Source: Betaproteobacteria bacterium (GTDB lineage Bacteria > Pseudomonadota > Gammaproteobacteria > Burkholderiales > SG8-39). Taken from it: 40,724 nucleotides of DNA. The notes beneath the pieces were generated by a model. That model was not told the DNA's origin, searched no databases, and saw nothing but the letters and a program-made list of their open reading frames with translations. How positions within the stretch are numbered: position 1 is the stretch's first letter; each line of letters starts with the position of its first letter. Position numbers and translations under genes: made by a program. This document shows positions 26,791 to 37,036 of the stretch, piece after piece. The DNA is taken from positions 1 to 40,724 of the forward strand of contig JAFAGU010000348.1 of NCBI GenBank assembly GCA_019237595.1, written 5' to 3'.

Positions 26791-27564
26791 GTGAAGATCA
26801 CGGCGCCCTACGGCTACGACGAGATCGAGCCGCTGCAGAAGACGCATCGCGTGCTCCTGCCCGCGGGCACGACGCCGGCGTTCTGCCGCAAGCTCAACGC
26901 CATCGCCGTGTCGCTCGCCGAATTCGTGGTCGCGGCGCGCGACTATCCCATCGCGTTCGTCACGGTCGACGAGGGCCGCTCGTTCGCGCCGGTGGCCGTG
27001 CTCGGCCTCGAGCCGGGCTCCAACCTCTTCGTCGACGAAGCGGGCGAATGGGATCGCACCGCGTACTTTCCCGCCTTCGTGCGCCGCTATCCCTTCTGCA
27101 TCTCCAAGCTCTATGTGGATGGCGAGCCGAGCAGCGAGCGCGTCGTGTGCGTCGCCCGCGCGTACGTCGACCCGGCTGGCATCGAGCTCTTCGACCGCGA
27201 AGGCCGCGGCACGCCGGCATGGCAGGCCGCCGAGCGGCTCCTCACGGAGTACGAGGCGGACCTCGACCGCACCGCGCTTTTCTGCGCGGCGCTCGCGCGC
27301 CTGCGCGTGCTCGAGCCCTTCACGGTGGAGCTGCACGGCGAGAAGCGCCCGCCGCTCAAGCTCGCCGGGATGCACCGCGTCTCGGAGGCGAAGCTGAAGG
27401 ACCTGAAGCCGGCGAGCCACAAGGTCCTCGTCGCCAAGGGCTTCATGGGGCACGTCTATGCGCACCTGCATTCGCTCGAGACGTTCCGGCGCCTCTCCGA
27501 GCGCGAGGCGGCCCAGCGCGCCGCCCGCGCGGCGCGTCAGCGCGGCAGCTCCGGAATGAGGTGA
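26791..27564 (+). CDS. SapC family protein
   Basis: The protein starts with GTG and is 257 aa. The sequence LAEFVVAARDYPIAFV...FPAFVRRYPF matches the SapC family pattern. Confidence 0.8.
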   Translation: MKITAPYGYDEIEPLQKTHRVLLPAGTTPAFCRKLNAIAVSLAEFVVAARDYPIAFVTVDEGRSFAPVAVLGLEPGSNLFVDEAGEWDRTAYFPAFVRRYPFCISKLYVDGEPSSERVVCVARAYVDPAGIELFDREGRGTPAWQAAERLLTEYEADLDRTALFCAALARLRVLEPFTVELHGEKRPPLKLAGMHRVSEAKLKDLKPASHKVLVAKGFMGHVYAHLHSLETFRRLSEREAAQRAARAARQRGSSGMR

Positions 27565-28145
27565 CGGTAGAGGTTCACGATCATGCCGGCCGTGGCGCCC
27601 CAGATAGTGCGCCCATTTTGATAACGCATCTCGTAGAAGCTCACCGTTCGGCCCTGCCAGGAACGGCTCGCGCGCCGGTGGTTCGCCGGATCGAGCAGGA
27701 ACGCGAGCGGCACGTAGAAGATCTCGGCCACTTCGGCCGGATCCGGCACAAGCGCGAGGGGCGGCGAAAGAAGCGCGACGACCGGCGCGACGACGTAGCC
27801 CGTGCGTGTATGGTAGTCCGGCAGGCGGCCGAGCACCTCGACGCGCGCCGGGTCGAGGCCGATCTCCTCCTGCGCCTCGCGCAGCGCCGTGAACTCGGGC
27901 GAGGCATCGCCCGGTTCGGCGCGTCCGCCCGGGAAGCTCACCTGGCCCGCGTGCGCCTTGAGCTGCGTCGTGCGCTGCGTGAAGAGGACGGTGAGCTCCT
28001 GCGCGTCATCGACGATCGGCACGAGCACGGCCGCCGGCTTCGCCTCCGCCTCGGCGCCTTCCTCGCGCTCGTCGCCGTAGACCGAGAACGCGGGCGGGAA
28101 GCGCCGCCGCATCCGCTCGCGCAGCGCGGCGGCGTCGAGCTTCAC
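27537..28145 (-). CDS. Nudix hydrolase, CoA pyrophosphatase type
   Basis: The Nudix box is GQVSFPGGRAEPGDASPEFTALREAQEEIGL. It is preceded by LLFTQRT-like LFTQRTTQLKAHAG. The protein is 202 aa. Confidence 0.85.
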   Translation of the reverse strand: MKLDAAALRERMRRRFPPAFSVYGDEREEGAEAEAKPAAVLVPIVDDAQELTVLFTQRTTQLKAHAGQVSFPGGRAEPGDASPEFTALREAQEEIGLDPARVEVLGRLPDYHTRTGYVVAPVVALLSPPLALVPDPAEVAEIFYVPLAFLLDPANHRRASRSWQGRTVSFYEMRYQNGRTIWGATAGMIVNLYRHLIPELPR

Positions 28146-28149
28146 CCGA

Positions 28150-29121
28150 TCAGGGGATGAGGACGACCGAGCCCGTGGTCTTACGGCCCTCGAGGTCCCG
28201 GTGCGCCTGCGCGGCGTCGGCGAGCTTGTAGCGGGCCGTGGTCTCGATCTTCACCTTGCCCGACTTCACCGCGCTGAAGAGGTCGTTCGCGCGCTTCTCG
28301 AGGTCCTTGCGCGCCGCGATGTAGGTCGCGAGCGTCGGCCGCGTGACGTAGAGCGAGCCCTTCGTGGAAAGGATGCCGAGGTTCACCGGCGGCACCGCGC
28401 CGGAGGCGTTGCCGAACGAGACGATGAGCCCCCGCGGCTGCAGGCAATCGAGCGAGCCCTCCCACGTCGAGTTGCCCACCGCGTCGTAGACCACGGGCAG
28501 CTTCTTGCCCTTGGTGATTTCCTTCACGCGCTCGACGAAATTCTCGGTGCTGTAGTTGATCACGTGCTTGTACCCGTGCGCCTTCGCGAGCTTCGCCTTC
28601 TCGTTCGACCCGACGGTGGCGATCGCGTTCACGCCGAGCTTCTTCAGCCACTGGCCGGCGATGAGGCCGACGCCGCCCGCACCCGCGTGCCAGAGCACCG
28701 TGTCGCCCTTCTTCACTTTGTACGTGGAGAAGATGAGGTAGTGCACCGTCATGCCCTTCAGCATCATGGAGGCGGCCTGCTCGTCGCTGATGCCCTTGGG
28801 AATCTTCACCATGCGGTCGGCCGGCACGATGCGCACGTCGCAATACGAGCCGGGAAGCCCCGTGTAGGCGACCCGATCGCCTTTCTTCAGGCCTTTCGCG
28901 CCCGGGCCCACCGCCTCGACCACGCCCGCCGCCTCGTTCCCCGCGACCGCTGGCAGCTGCACCGGATAGAGGCCGGAACGCTGGTACGTATCCACGAAGT
29001 TGACGCCGATCGCCGTGTGCCGGATTCGCACCTGGCCTTGCCCGGGGTCCCCGACCTGCACCTCGTCGAGCTGCAGCACCTCGGGGCCGCCGGCCTTGTG
29101 GTAACGGATTGCCTTCGCCAT
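28150..29121 (-). CDS. qor: NADPH:quinone oxidoreductase (zeta-crystallin type MDR)
   Basis: MAKAIRYHKAGGPEVLQLDEVQVGDPG...IGVNFVDTYQRSGLY...AGAGGVGLIAGQW; the protein is 323 aa. Confidence 0.9.
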   Translation of the reverse strand: MAKAIRYHKAGGPEVLQLDEVQVGDPGQGQVRIRHTAIGVNFVDTYQRSGLYPVQLPAVAGNEAAGVVEAVGPGAKGLKKGDRVAYTGLPGSYCDVRIVPADRMVKIPKGISDEQAASMMLKGMTVHYLIFSTYKVKKGDTVLWHAGAGGVGLIAGQWLKKLGVNAIATVGSNEKAKLAKAHGYKHVINYSTENFVERVKEITKGKKLPVVYDAVGNSTWEGSLDCLQPRGLIVSFGNASGAVPPVNLGILSTKGSLYVTRPTLATYIAARKDLEKRANDLFSAVKSGKVKIETTARYKLADAAQAHRDLEGRKTTGSVVLIP

Positions 29122-29145
29122 GCCAAGTCTCCTGGAAAGAAGGGG

Positions 29146-29391
29146 CTATTTCTTGGGCTGCATGGCCCGGAGCGCCGCCTGCTGCAGCTCGAGGCCCTGG
29201 ATCGAGAACTTCACCATGTTGAGATTCATATTGAGCCACGCTTCGACCGAGCGCAGGTCGGAGATTCGCTTTTCGACCTCCTGCGGGTCGAGGGTCGGCA
29301 TGGCCATGCCGGGAAGCGGCACGCCAAGCTGTCCCCAGAGCCGGCGGTACATTTCGAACGGATCGGGCATCGGGTTGGGCGTGTCAGCCAT
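29146..29391 (-). CDS. 81-aa protein resembling the N-terminal domain of PhaM-type PHA-granule regulators
   Basis: PTLDPQEVEKRISDLRSVEAWLNMNLNMVKFSIQGLELQQAAL matches my recollection of the conserved PhaM N-terminal helix pair. The gene overlaps the patatin gene by 8 nt. The family call was not verified. Confidence 0.5.
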   Translation of the reverse strand: MADTPNPMPDPFEMYRRLWGQLGVPLPGMAMPTLDPQEVEKRISDLRSVEAWLNMNLNMVKFSIQGLELQQAALRAMQPKK

Positions 29392-30571
29392 GGGCGCTTT
29401 CCGCGGTATCGAAGAACTCGCGCACCTCGGAGGCGCGCGCGATGGTGTCCTGGTAGCCGAGGTCGATGAGCGCGCGGCAGAACGAGGACTCGAAGAGGAG
29501 GTAGCTCGCGAGGTTCGACCCGGAGCGGTTCAACGCGCCGGTGGGTCGCAGGATGAAGCGGACCGAGGCCGGGAGCTCGTGGATGAAGCGCGCGGCGATC
29601 CGCTCGATCGGCTGCGAGGGCGCGATGAAGAGCACCCTGACCGGCCGCAGCTGCACCATGGAATCCGCCAGCCGCTCCGGCGGGATCAGCTTCACGGTGC
29701 GGTTGATGCGCTCCAGGCGCTCGATGTCCACCATGAGGCTGTCGAGGAAGATGCTGTTCAGCGCGTGGCCCGCGATCTGCGCGAGCGACGGGTACACGTT
29801 GGAGCGCGCGCGCGCTTCGCCGGAGCTCTGGCGCCCGGTGCCCACGACGAGGACGCGGTCCGCGCCCAGGTGCAGCGCCGGGCTCACCGGCGCGATCTGG
29901 CGCATGGAGCCGTCTCCGAAATACTCGCGGTTGAACTTCACCGCCGGGAAGATGAAGGGCAGCGCCGCCGAGGCGAGGAGAAGGTCCAGGCTGAGGGGCA
30001 CCGCCGCGCCGATCCGCTGGTTGCGCTCCCAGCCCTCGAGTCCGCTCCCGCCCTGGAAGAAGGAGACGCTCTGGCCCGAGGTGTAGCCCGAAGCCGTGAT
30101 GCACGCGGCGTAGAGCGCCCCGGAATCGATGTGCTCCTGGATCTTGGTGAAGTCGAGGCTGCGCTCGAGCATCTCGCGCAGCGGCAGGTTGTCGAGCAGC
30201 GAGACGGGATTGCGCGGCGAGACGAGCATGAGCGACGCGAGCCATCGCGCGCCGCTCTTCGCGATGCTCCAGCTGTCGGTGCGATAGATGTGGTCGCAGC
30301 GCATGTTCTCCCACACCTCGAGCAGGTTGCCGACGGCCCGCGAGAAGTTGCCCGCGAAGACGGCGAGCGTCGCGGCGTTGATCGCGCCCGCGGAAGTGCC
30401 GCAGAGAATGGGGAACGGATTTTTTTCCGGATTTCCGAGCAGGTCCCGCACCGCCTTGACCACGCCGACCTGGTAGGCCGCCCTCGCGCCGCCGCCCGTG
30501 AGCACGAGGCCCGCCCGCGGCTTGACGCGGGCGGCCGGGAAGGGCGCGACGTTGGCGGCCGCGGTCTCCAT
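29384..30571 (-). CDS. patatin-like phospholipase
   Basis: The oxyanion motif is LVLTGGGARAAYQVG and the GxSxG motif is LCGTSAGAINA. A DG dyad region lies downstream (FGDGSM). The protein is 395 aa. Confidence 0.85.
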   Translation of the reverse strand: METAAANVAPFPAARVKPRAGLVLTGGGARAAYQVGVVKAVRDLLGNPEKNPFPILCGTSAGAINAATLAVFAGNFSRAVGNLLEVWENMRCDHIYRTDSWSIAKSGARWLASLMLVSPRNPVSLLDNLPLREMLERSLDFTKIQEHIDSGALYAACITASGYTSGQSVSFFQGGSGLEGWERNQRIGAAVPLSLDLLLASAALPFIFPAVKFNREYFGDGSMRQIAPVSPALHLGADRVLVVGTGRQSSGEARARSNVYPSLAQIAGHALNSIFLDSLMVDIERLERINRTVKLIPPERLADSMVQLRPVRVLFIAPSQPIERIAARFIHELPASVRFILRPTGALNRSGSNLASYLLFESSFCRALIDLGYQDTIARASEVREFFDTAESAHG

Positions 30572-30575
30572 CGCC

Positions 30576-32870
<2,295 letters not shown>

Positions 32871-32877
32871 GCGAAAA

Positions 32878-32885
32878 ATTATAAT
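32878..32885. promoter_or_regulatory. palindromic ATTATAAT giving a perfect TATAAT on both strands between maeB and the aminotransferase gene
   Basis: The plus-strand TATAAT is at 32880-32885. The minus-strand TATAAT is at 32883-32878, 7 nt before the maeB GTG. Confidence 0.35.
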
Positions 32886-32963
32886 CCCCCCACTATCGAC
32901 CGCCCCGCCCTCCCCGCCTGCGCCACGGCGCGACGCGCCGAAGCCATCGAGCCCTTCGAAGTC

Positions 32964-34076
32964 ATGGACGTGCTCTCGCGCGCCCGCGCCCTCGAGGCCG
33001 CGGGCCGGCGCGTGATCCACATGGAAATCGGCGAGCCGGACTTCACCGCGCCGGCGCCCGTGGTCGAGGCGGGCGTGAAAGCCCTTCGGGACGGGAAGAC
33101 CGCGTATACGCCCACGCTGGGGCTTTCGAGGCTGCGCGAGGCCATTGCGGCGTTCTACGAGGGGCGCTTCGGCATGCGCGTGGCGCCGGAGCGCATCGCC
33201 GTCACCGCCGGCGCCTCCGGCGGACTCATGACCACCGCGGCGCTGTATGTGAACCCGGGGGACGAGATCCTCGTGCCCGATCCCGGTTATCCGGGATACC
33301 GGCAGTTCGTGCGCGCGTTCGAGGGCGTCGCGCGAGCGCTGCCCGTGTCCGCAAGCGAGGCGTTCCAGCCAAGCGAGGAAATGGTGCGATCGGCATGGGG
33401 CGCGCGCACGAAAGGCCTGCTCCTGGGTTCGCCCAGCAATCCCACCGGCACGCTCATCGATCCCGCCGTCCTCGCGCGGATCGCCGCGTTCGTGGCCGCG
33501 CGGCGCGGCGTGCTGATCGTGGACGAGATCTACCAGGGCCTCGTCTACGGCGCCTCGCCCGCCACGGCGCTCGGCCTTCCGGGCGAGGTCGTCATCATCA
33601 ACAGCTTCTCCAAGTACTTCTGCATGACCGGCTGGCGCCTCGGATGGGTGGTGCTGCCGCCGGCCGCGGTGCGCGGCTTCGAGAAGCTCGGCCAGCACCT
33701 CTTCATCTCGGCGCCGAGCGTCGCGCAATACGCGGCCCTCGCGGCGTTTTCGGCGGAATCGGTCGCCATCCTCGAGGCACGGCGGGCGGAGTTCGCGCGG
33801 CGCCGGGACTTCCTCGTCCCGGCGCTAAAGGCGGCTGGGCTGAGAATCCCGGCGGAGCCGCACGGAGCGTTCTACGTGTACGCCGACTGCGGCACGGACA
33901 GCAAGGCCTTCGCCCTGGGCTTGCTCGAGCGGGAAGGCGTGGCGGCGACGCCGGGAATCGACTTCGGGAAGAACGAGACGCAGCGCTTCGTGCGCTTCGC
34001 CTATACGCGATCGCTCTCTGATCTCGAGGAGGCGGCTGCCGCGATCAGGCGCTTTGCTTCCGCGCCTTCGCCCTGA
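32964..34076 (+). CDS. class I/II pyridoxal-phosphate-dependent aminotransferase (start uncertain)
   Basis: Motifs are HMEIGEPDFTAP, SPSNPTG and NSFSKYFCMTGWRLGW (PLP lysine). 32964 is the first in-frame ATG. The conserved-looking ARRAEAIEPFEVM lies upstream of it (see findings). Confidence 0.85.
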   Translation: MDVLSRARALEAAGRRVIHMEIGEPDFTAPAPVVEAGVKALRDGKTAYTPTLGLSRLREAIAAFYEGRFGMRVAPERIAVTAGASGGLMTTAALYVNPGDEILVPDPGYPGYRQFVRAFEGVARALPVSASEAFQPSEEMVRSAWGARTKGLLLGSPSNPTGTLIDPAVLARIAAFVAARRGVLIVDEIYQGLVYGASPATALGLPGEVVIINSFSKYFCMTGWRLGWVVLPPAAVRGFEKLGQHLFISAPSVAQYAALAAFSAESVAILEARRAEFARRRDFLVPALKAAGLRIPAEPHGAFYVYADCGTDSKAFALGLLEREGVAATPGIDFGKNETQRFVRFAYTRSLSDLEEAAAAIRRFASAPSP

Positions 34077-34728
34077 GGACGTCGAGGCGCGCCTTCTCCG
34101 CGAGCACCTTGGAGGCGTATTGGGAGGTCGGCTCGTCGATCGCGCCCGCGTACATCTGCAGCGCGGTCTCCACGTCGCCGAAGCGCCGGATGTATTCGCG
34201 CAGGATCTGGGTGCCGACATCGATGTTCACCTCCGGATCGAGGAGCGCATGCTCCCCGCCGTGCCCGGCGAGCTTCTCGAGATGGTGGCGCGGCATGATC
34301 TGCATGAGGCCCATCGCGCCGGTGACGCTCTCCGCCACCGGGTTGTACCGGGACTCGATCGCCATCACCGCGAGCACGAGGCCCGGGTCGACGGCGTACT
34401 GGGCGCCCGCGCGGTAGGCCTCGGCGACGAAGCCGCCGACGGCGAGCTCCGACACGTGATAGCGCTTCGCGATCGACTCGGTCATCGCGCGTTGCTCGCG
34501 CTCGAGCGGCGAGTCGGCGAGGGGCGCCTGGATCGTCCCGGCCGCCATCGTCGAGGCGAAGGCGTCCGCGGGAGCGGTCAGGAGCGCGAGCGCGGGCACG
34601 TGGCTCAATAGGGCTTCACGCTGCTGGGGGAGCGCGATCAGCGTCGCGACCGCCGCCACGCCGAGCAGCGCCAGGCTTCCCTTCACGGTCGCGTATGCGC
34701 GAGCCGCCATGACGAATGCCGTGTTCAT
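34045..34728 (-). CDS. lytic transglycosylase (SLT domain) with N-terminal membrane anchor
   Basis: The ATG at 34728 is preceded by GGAGG at 6-nt spacing. The transmembrane segment is SLALLGVAAVATLIAL. SLT motifs are AIESRYNP, GAMGLMQI and LQMYAGA. The frame stays open to 34953, so a longer form is possible. Confidence 0.8.
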   Translation of the reverse strand: MNTAFVMAARAYATVKGSLALLGVAAVATLIALPQQREALLSHVPALALLTAPADAFASTMAAGTIQAPLADSPLEREQRAMTESIAKRYHVSELAVGGFVAEAYRAGAQYAVDPGLVLAVMAIESRYNPVAESVTGAMGLMQIMPRHHLEKLAGHGGEHALLDPEVNIDVGTQILREYIRRFGDVETALQMYAGAIDEPTSQYASKVLAEKARLDVLRAKARKQSA

Positions 34729-35209
34729 GCTGTGCCTCCGTTCTTCTGCCGCGCCTTCCGTGGCCCCGCCGCCGCCCGTGGGCGGCTCAGTCGATGGGGT
34801 CTGGGGAAGGAGCCTCGAGAGCTGGTCTCGCACGCCCTCGAGATGGACCGGCAGGGGCCGGACCGGGTTCGGGCTGGATCGCCGCGTTTGCCCCTTTTCC
34901 CGCAAGCTTTCCTGCGGTGTTTGTTGCAGCGCAGCAGTCGTCATCATAGTCAAAATTACCCTATTCGGTCAATACGTTCCCCTCTCCTCGCGCAGCCATG
35001 TTGTTGCGCCGCGAAACCCTTGTTTCGAAAGCTTTTTTGCGTGTTGGAGCGCGCCGCTAGAATGGCGCTGCCGCCTCGAAAACGAGGCCGGTGAAGCCTC
35101 GCGGACCGGCCCAAGGTTCTCCCAGCTAGGTCGAACGACCAAGCCGGTCCGCTGAGCTTCGAGGGCCTGGCGAGGGATTTCGCCCCCGCCGCGTTCCCCC
35201 GGATCCCGG

Positions 35210-35515
35210 TTACGGCCGGGAGCCGGTGGGGAACGGCCATGCGGCCGCTGGATTCAGCGCGGTTCTCGCGCCGGGTGTCGCAGCGGTGGATGGCGGCGCA
35301 ACCGGAGCGCTCGCCATCGTTGCCGCAGGGCTGGCCTTGGGTCTGGCGGCTTTGCTGGCCTTTTTCTTCTTGCCCGCCTTTTTCTTGTTCTTGGCGGATT
35401 TCTTTGTGCGTGCCGCCTTTTTCTTACCAGCTTTCTTTACTGCTTTCTTTTTCTTTTTTGATGCTTTCTTCTTCTTCTTTTTCTTTCCGCCTTTTTTCGC
35501 TTTTTTCTTCGCCAT
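35210..35515 (-). CDS. lysine-rich histone H1-like / nucleoid-associated-like small protein
   Basis: The ATG at 35515 is preceded by AAGGAG. The first ~55 residues are about half Lys (MAKKKAKKGGKKKKKKKASKKKKKAVKKAGKKK...), followed by an Ala/Pro tail ending NPAAAWPFPTGSRP. Such an A-rich coding tract in a GC-rich genome is unlikely to be noise. Confidence 0.6.
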   Translation of the reverse strand: MAKKKAKKGGKKKKKKKASKKKKKAVKKAGKKKAARTKKSAKNKKKAGKKKKASKAARPKASPAATMASAPVAPPSTAATPGARTALNPAAAWPFPTGSRP

Positions 35516-35572
35516 CTTCGATCTCCTTCAAGGTTGTTGAACAAAGAGAAGCCCGGGCGATACGGCCCCGGA

Positions 35573-35881
35573 CTATCCAACCGCCGCCGGAGGTTCCCCT
35601 CCTTCGGCGTGCTGAATTGGCTTCTGCGACGCGACCTCGTGGTAGAGGAGGTCGGCATCGAGGCGGATGCCGCCCTCCCAGGTGACGGTGGCCGTGCCCG
35701 GGTCGACGCTCACCTTCTCGAACTCGCGCACGTCGCTCCAGAGCTTGAACGCGCCGATCTCGAGCAGGTTGCCGAGGAAGACGCTTCCCTCCAGCCCGTC
35801 CTCGAAGCGCAGCCACAGCTTGTAGTCCTGCTCAGGCCTGCAATCGGTGATCTTCATTTCCTGGTTCCATTGCTCCTTCAT
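35573..35881 (-). CDS. DUF2442 domain protein
   Basis: The ATG at 35881 lies 14 nt after the nrdB stop, with AGGAGA upstream. The sequence KITDCRPEQDYKLWLRFEDGLEGSVFL...VSVDPGTATVTWEGGIRLDADLLY matches the DUF2442 pattern. The protein is 102 aa. Confidence 0.7.
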   Translation of the reverse strand: MKEQWNQEMKITDCRPEQDYKLWLRFEDGLEGSVFLGNLLEIGAFKLWSDVREFEKVSVDPGTATVTWEGGIRLDADLLYHEVASQKPIQHAEGGEPPAAVG

Positions 35882-35895
35882 GGTGGCCCGGTCTC

Positions 35896-37026
35896 CTAGT
35901 CCCAGCTCAGGGCGCCGCCCGTCTGGTACTCGATCACCCGGGTCTCGAAGAAATTGCGCTCCTTCTTGAGGTCGATCATCTCGCTCATCCAGGGGAAGGG
36001 GTTCGTCGCGCCCGGGAAGAGCGTCTCGAGCCCGATCTGCTGGCAGCGGCGGTTGGCGATGAAGCGCAGGTACTCCTTGAACATCGGCGCGTTCAGGCCC
36101 AGCACGCCGCGCGGCATGGTGTCCTCGGCGTAGCGGTACTCGAGGTCCACCGCCCTGCGAAAGAGCTCGTGCAGCTCCTCCCGGAAAGCCGGCGTCCACA
36201 GGTGTGGGTTCTCGAGCTTGATCGTGTTCACGAGGTCGATGCCGAAATTGCAGTGCATCGACTCGTCGCGCAGGATGTACATGTACTGCTCGGCGGCGCC
36301 GGTCATCTTGTTCTGCCGGCCCAGGGCAAGGATCTGCGCGAAGCCCACGTAGAAGAAGAGGCCTTCCATGAGGCAGGAGAAAACGATCAGGCTCTTCAGG
36401 AGCTTCTGGTCGCTCTCGGGCGTGCCGGTCTTGAAGGCCGGATCCGTGAGGACGTCGATGAAGGGCACGAGGAATTCATCCTTGTCCCGGATCGACGCGA
36501 CCTCGTGGTAGGCGTTGAAGATCTCGCTCTCGTCCAGGTCCAGGCTCTCGACGATGTACTGGTACGCGTGCGTGTGGATCGCCTCCTCGAACGCCTGGCG
36601 CAGCAGGTACTGCCGGCATTCCGGCGCGGTGATGTGCCGGTAGGTGCCCAGCACGATGTTGTTCGCCGCCAGCGAATCGGCCGTGACGAAGAAGCCGAGG
36701 TTTCGCTTGACGATGCGGCGCTCGTCCTCGGTCAGGCCCTGCGGGTCCTTCCAGAGCTGGATGTCGCGGCTCATGTTGATTTCCTGCGGCATCCAGTGGT
36801 TCGCGCACGCGGCGATGTACTTTTCCCACGCCCATTTGTACTTGAAGGGGACGAGCTGGTTGACGTCCGCCTTGGAGTTGATGACCCGCTTGTCCTCGAC
36901 CGTGACGCGGCGCAGGCTCTCCGCCGGCTCTCGGCCGGCGCCGGCGGGCACGAATCCGGTGACCGGCGGCTGGATCGCGAGCCCGGCCATCGCCTTCAGC
37001 GTCCCTTCTTCCTCGAAATTGAGCAT
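35896..37026 (-). CDS. nrdB: class Ia ribonucleotide reductase beta subunit
   Basis: The protein is 376 aa. Motifs are [10 protein letters not shown] and the iron ligands in [17 protein letters not shown] and ...ESMHCNFG. Confidence 0.95.
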   Translation of the reverse strand: MLNFEEEGTLKAMAGLAIQPPVTGFVPAGAGREPAESLRRVTVEDKRVINSKADVNQLVPFKYKWAWEKYIAACANHWMPQEINMSRDIQLWKDPQGLTEDERRIVKRNLGFFVTADSLAANNIVLGTYRHITAPECRQYLLRQAFEEAIHTHAYQYIVESLDLDESEIFNAYHEVASIRDKDEFLVPFIDVLTDPAFKTGTPESDQKLLKSLIVFSCLMEGLFFYVGFAQILALGRQNKMTGAAEQYMYILRDESMHCNFGIDLVNTIKLENPHLWTPAFREELHELFRRAVDLEYRYAEDTMPRGVLGLNAPMFKEYLRFIANRRCQQIGLETLFPGATNPFPWMSEMIDLKKERNFFETRVIEYQTGGALSWD

Positions 37027-37036
37027 CGTCGCGTTC

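Noticed and set aside
34729-34953. 75-codon N-terminal extension of the lytic transglycosylase (TTG 34953 / ATG 34947)
   Set aside because: The internal ATG at 34728 has a canonical GGAGG at ideal spacing and starts right at the membrane anchor. The extension is low-complexity (Pro/Thr/Gly/Glu). Its GC3 is fairly high, so a long isoform cannot be excluded.
35041-35215. Whether the structured gap is a known RNA (cobalamin riboswitch, SRP/4.5S, 6S, tmRNA, RNase P)
   Set aside because: I could not find the diagnostic motifs on either strand. The B12 box and GCCACUG are absent, as is the SRP GGAAGCAGCC-type motif. There is no tmRNA acceptor or tag region and no RNase P GGAAAGUCCGG core. No downstream gene is suited to a riboswitch. 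It is left as an unknown candidate only.
35226-35685. Plus-strand Phe/Leu-rich ORFs 35226..35540 and 35239..35685
   Set aside because: They are the antisense image of the lysine codon tract (AAG/AAA read as CTT/TTT). The minus-strand ORF has a strong SD and a biologically known composition class.
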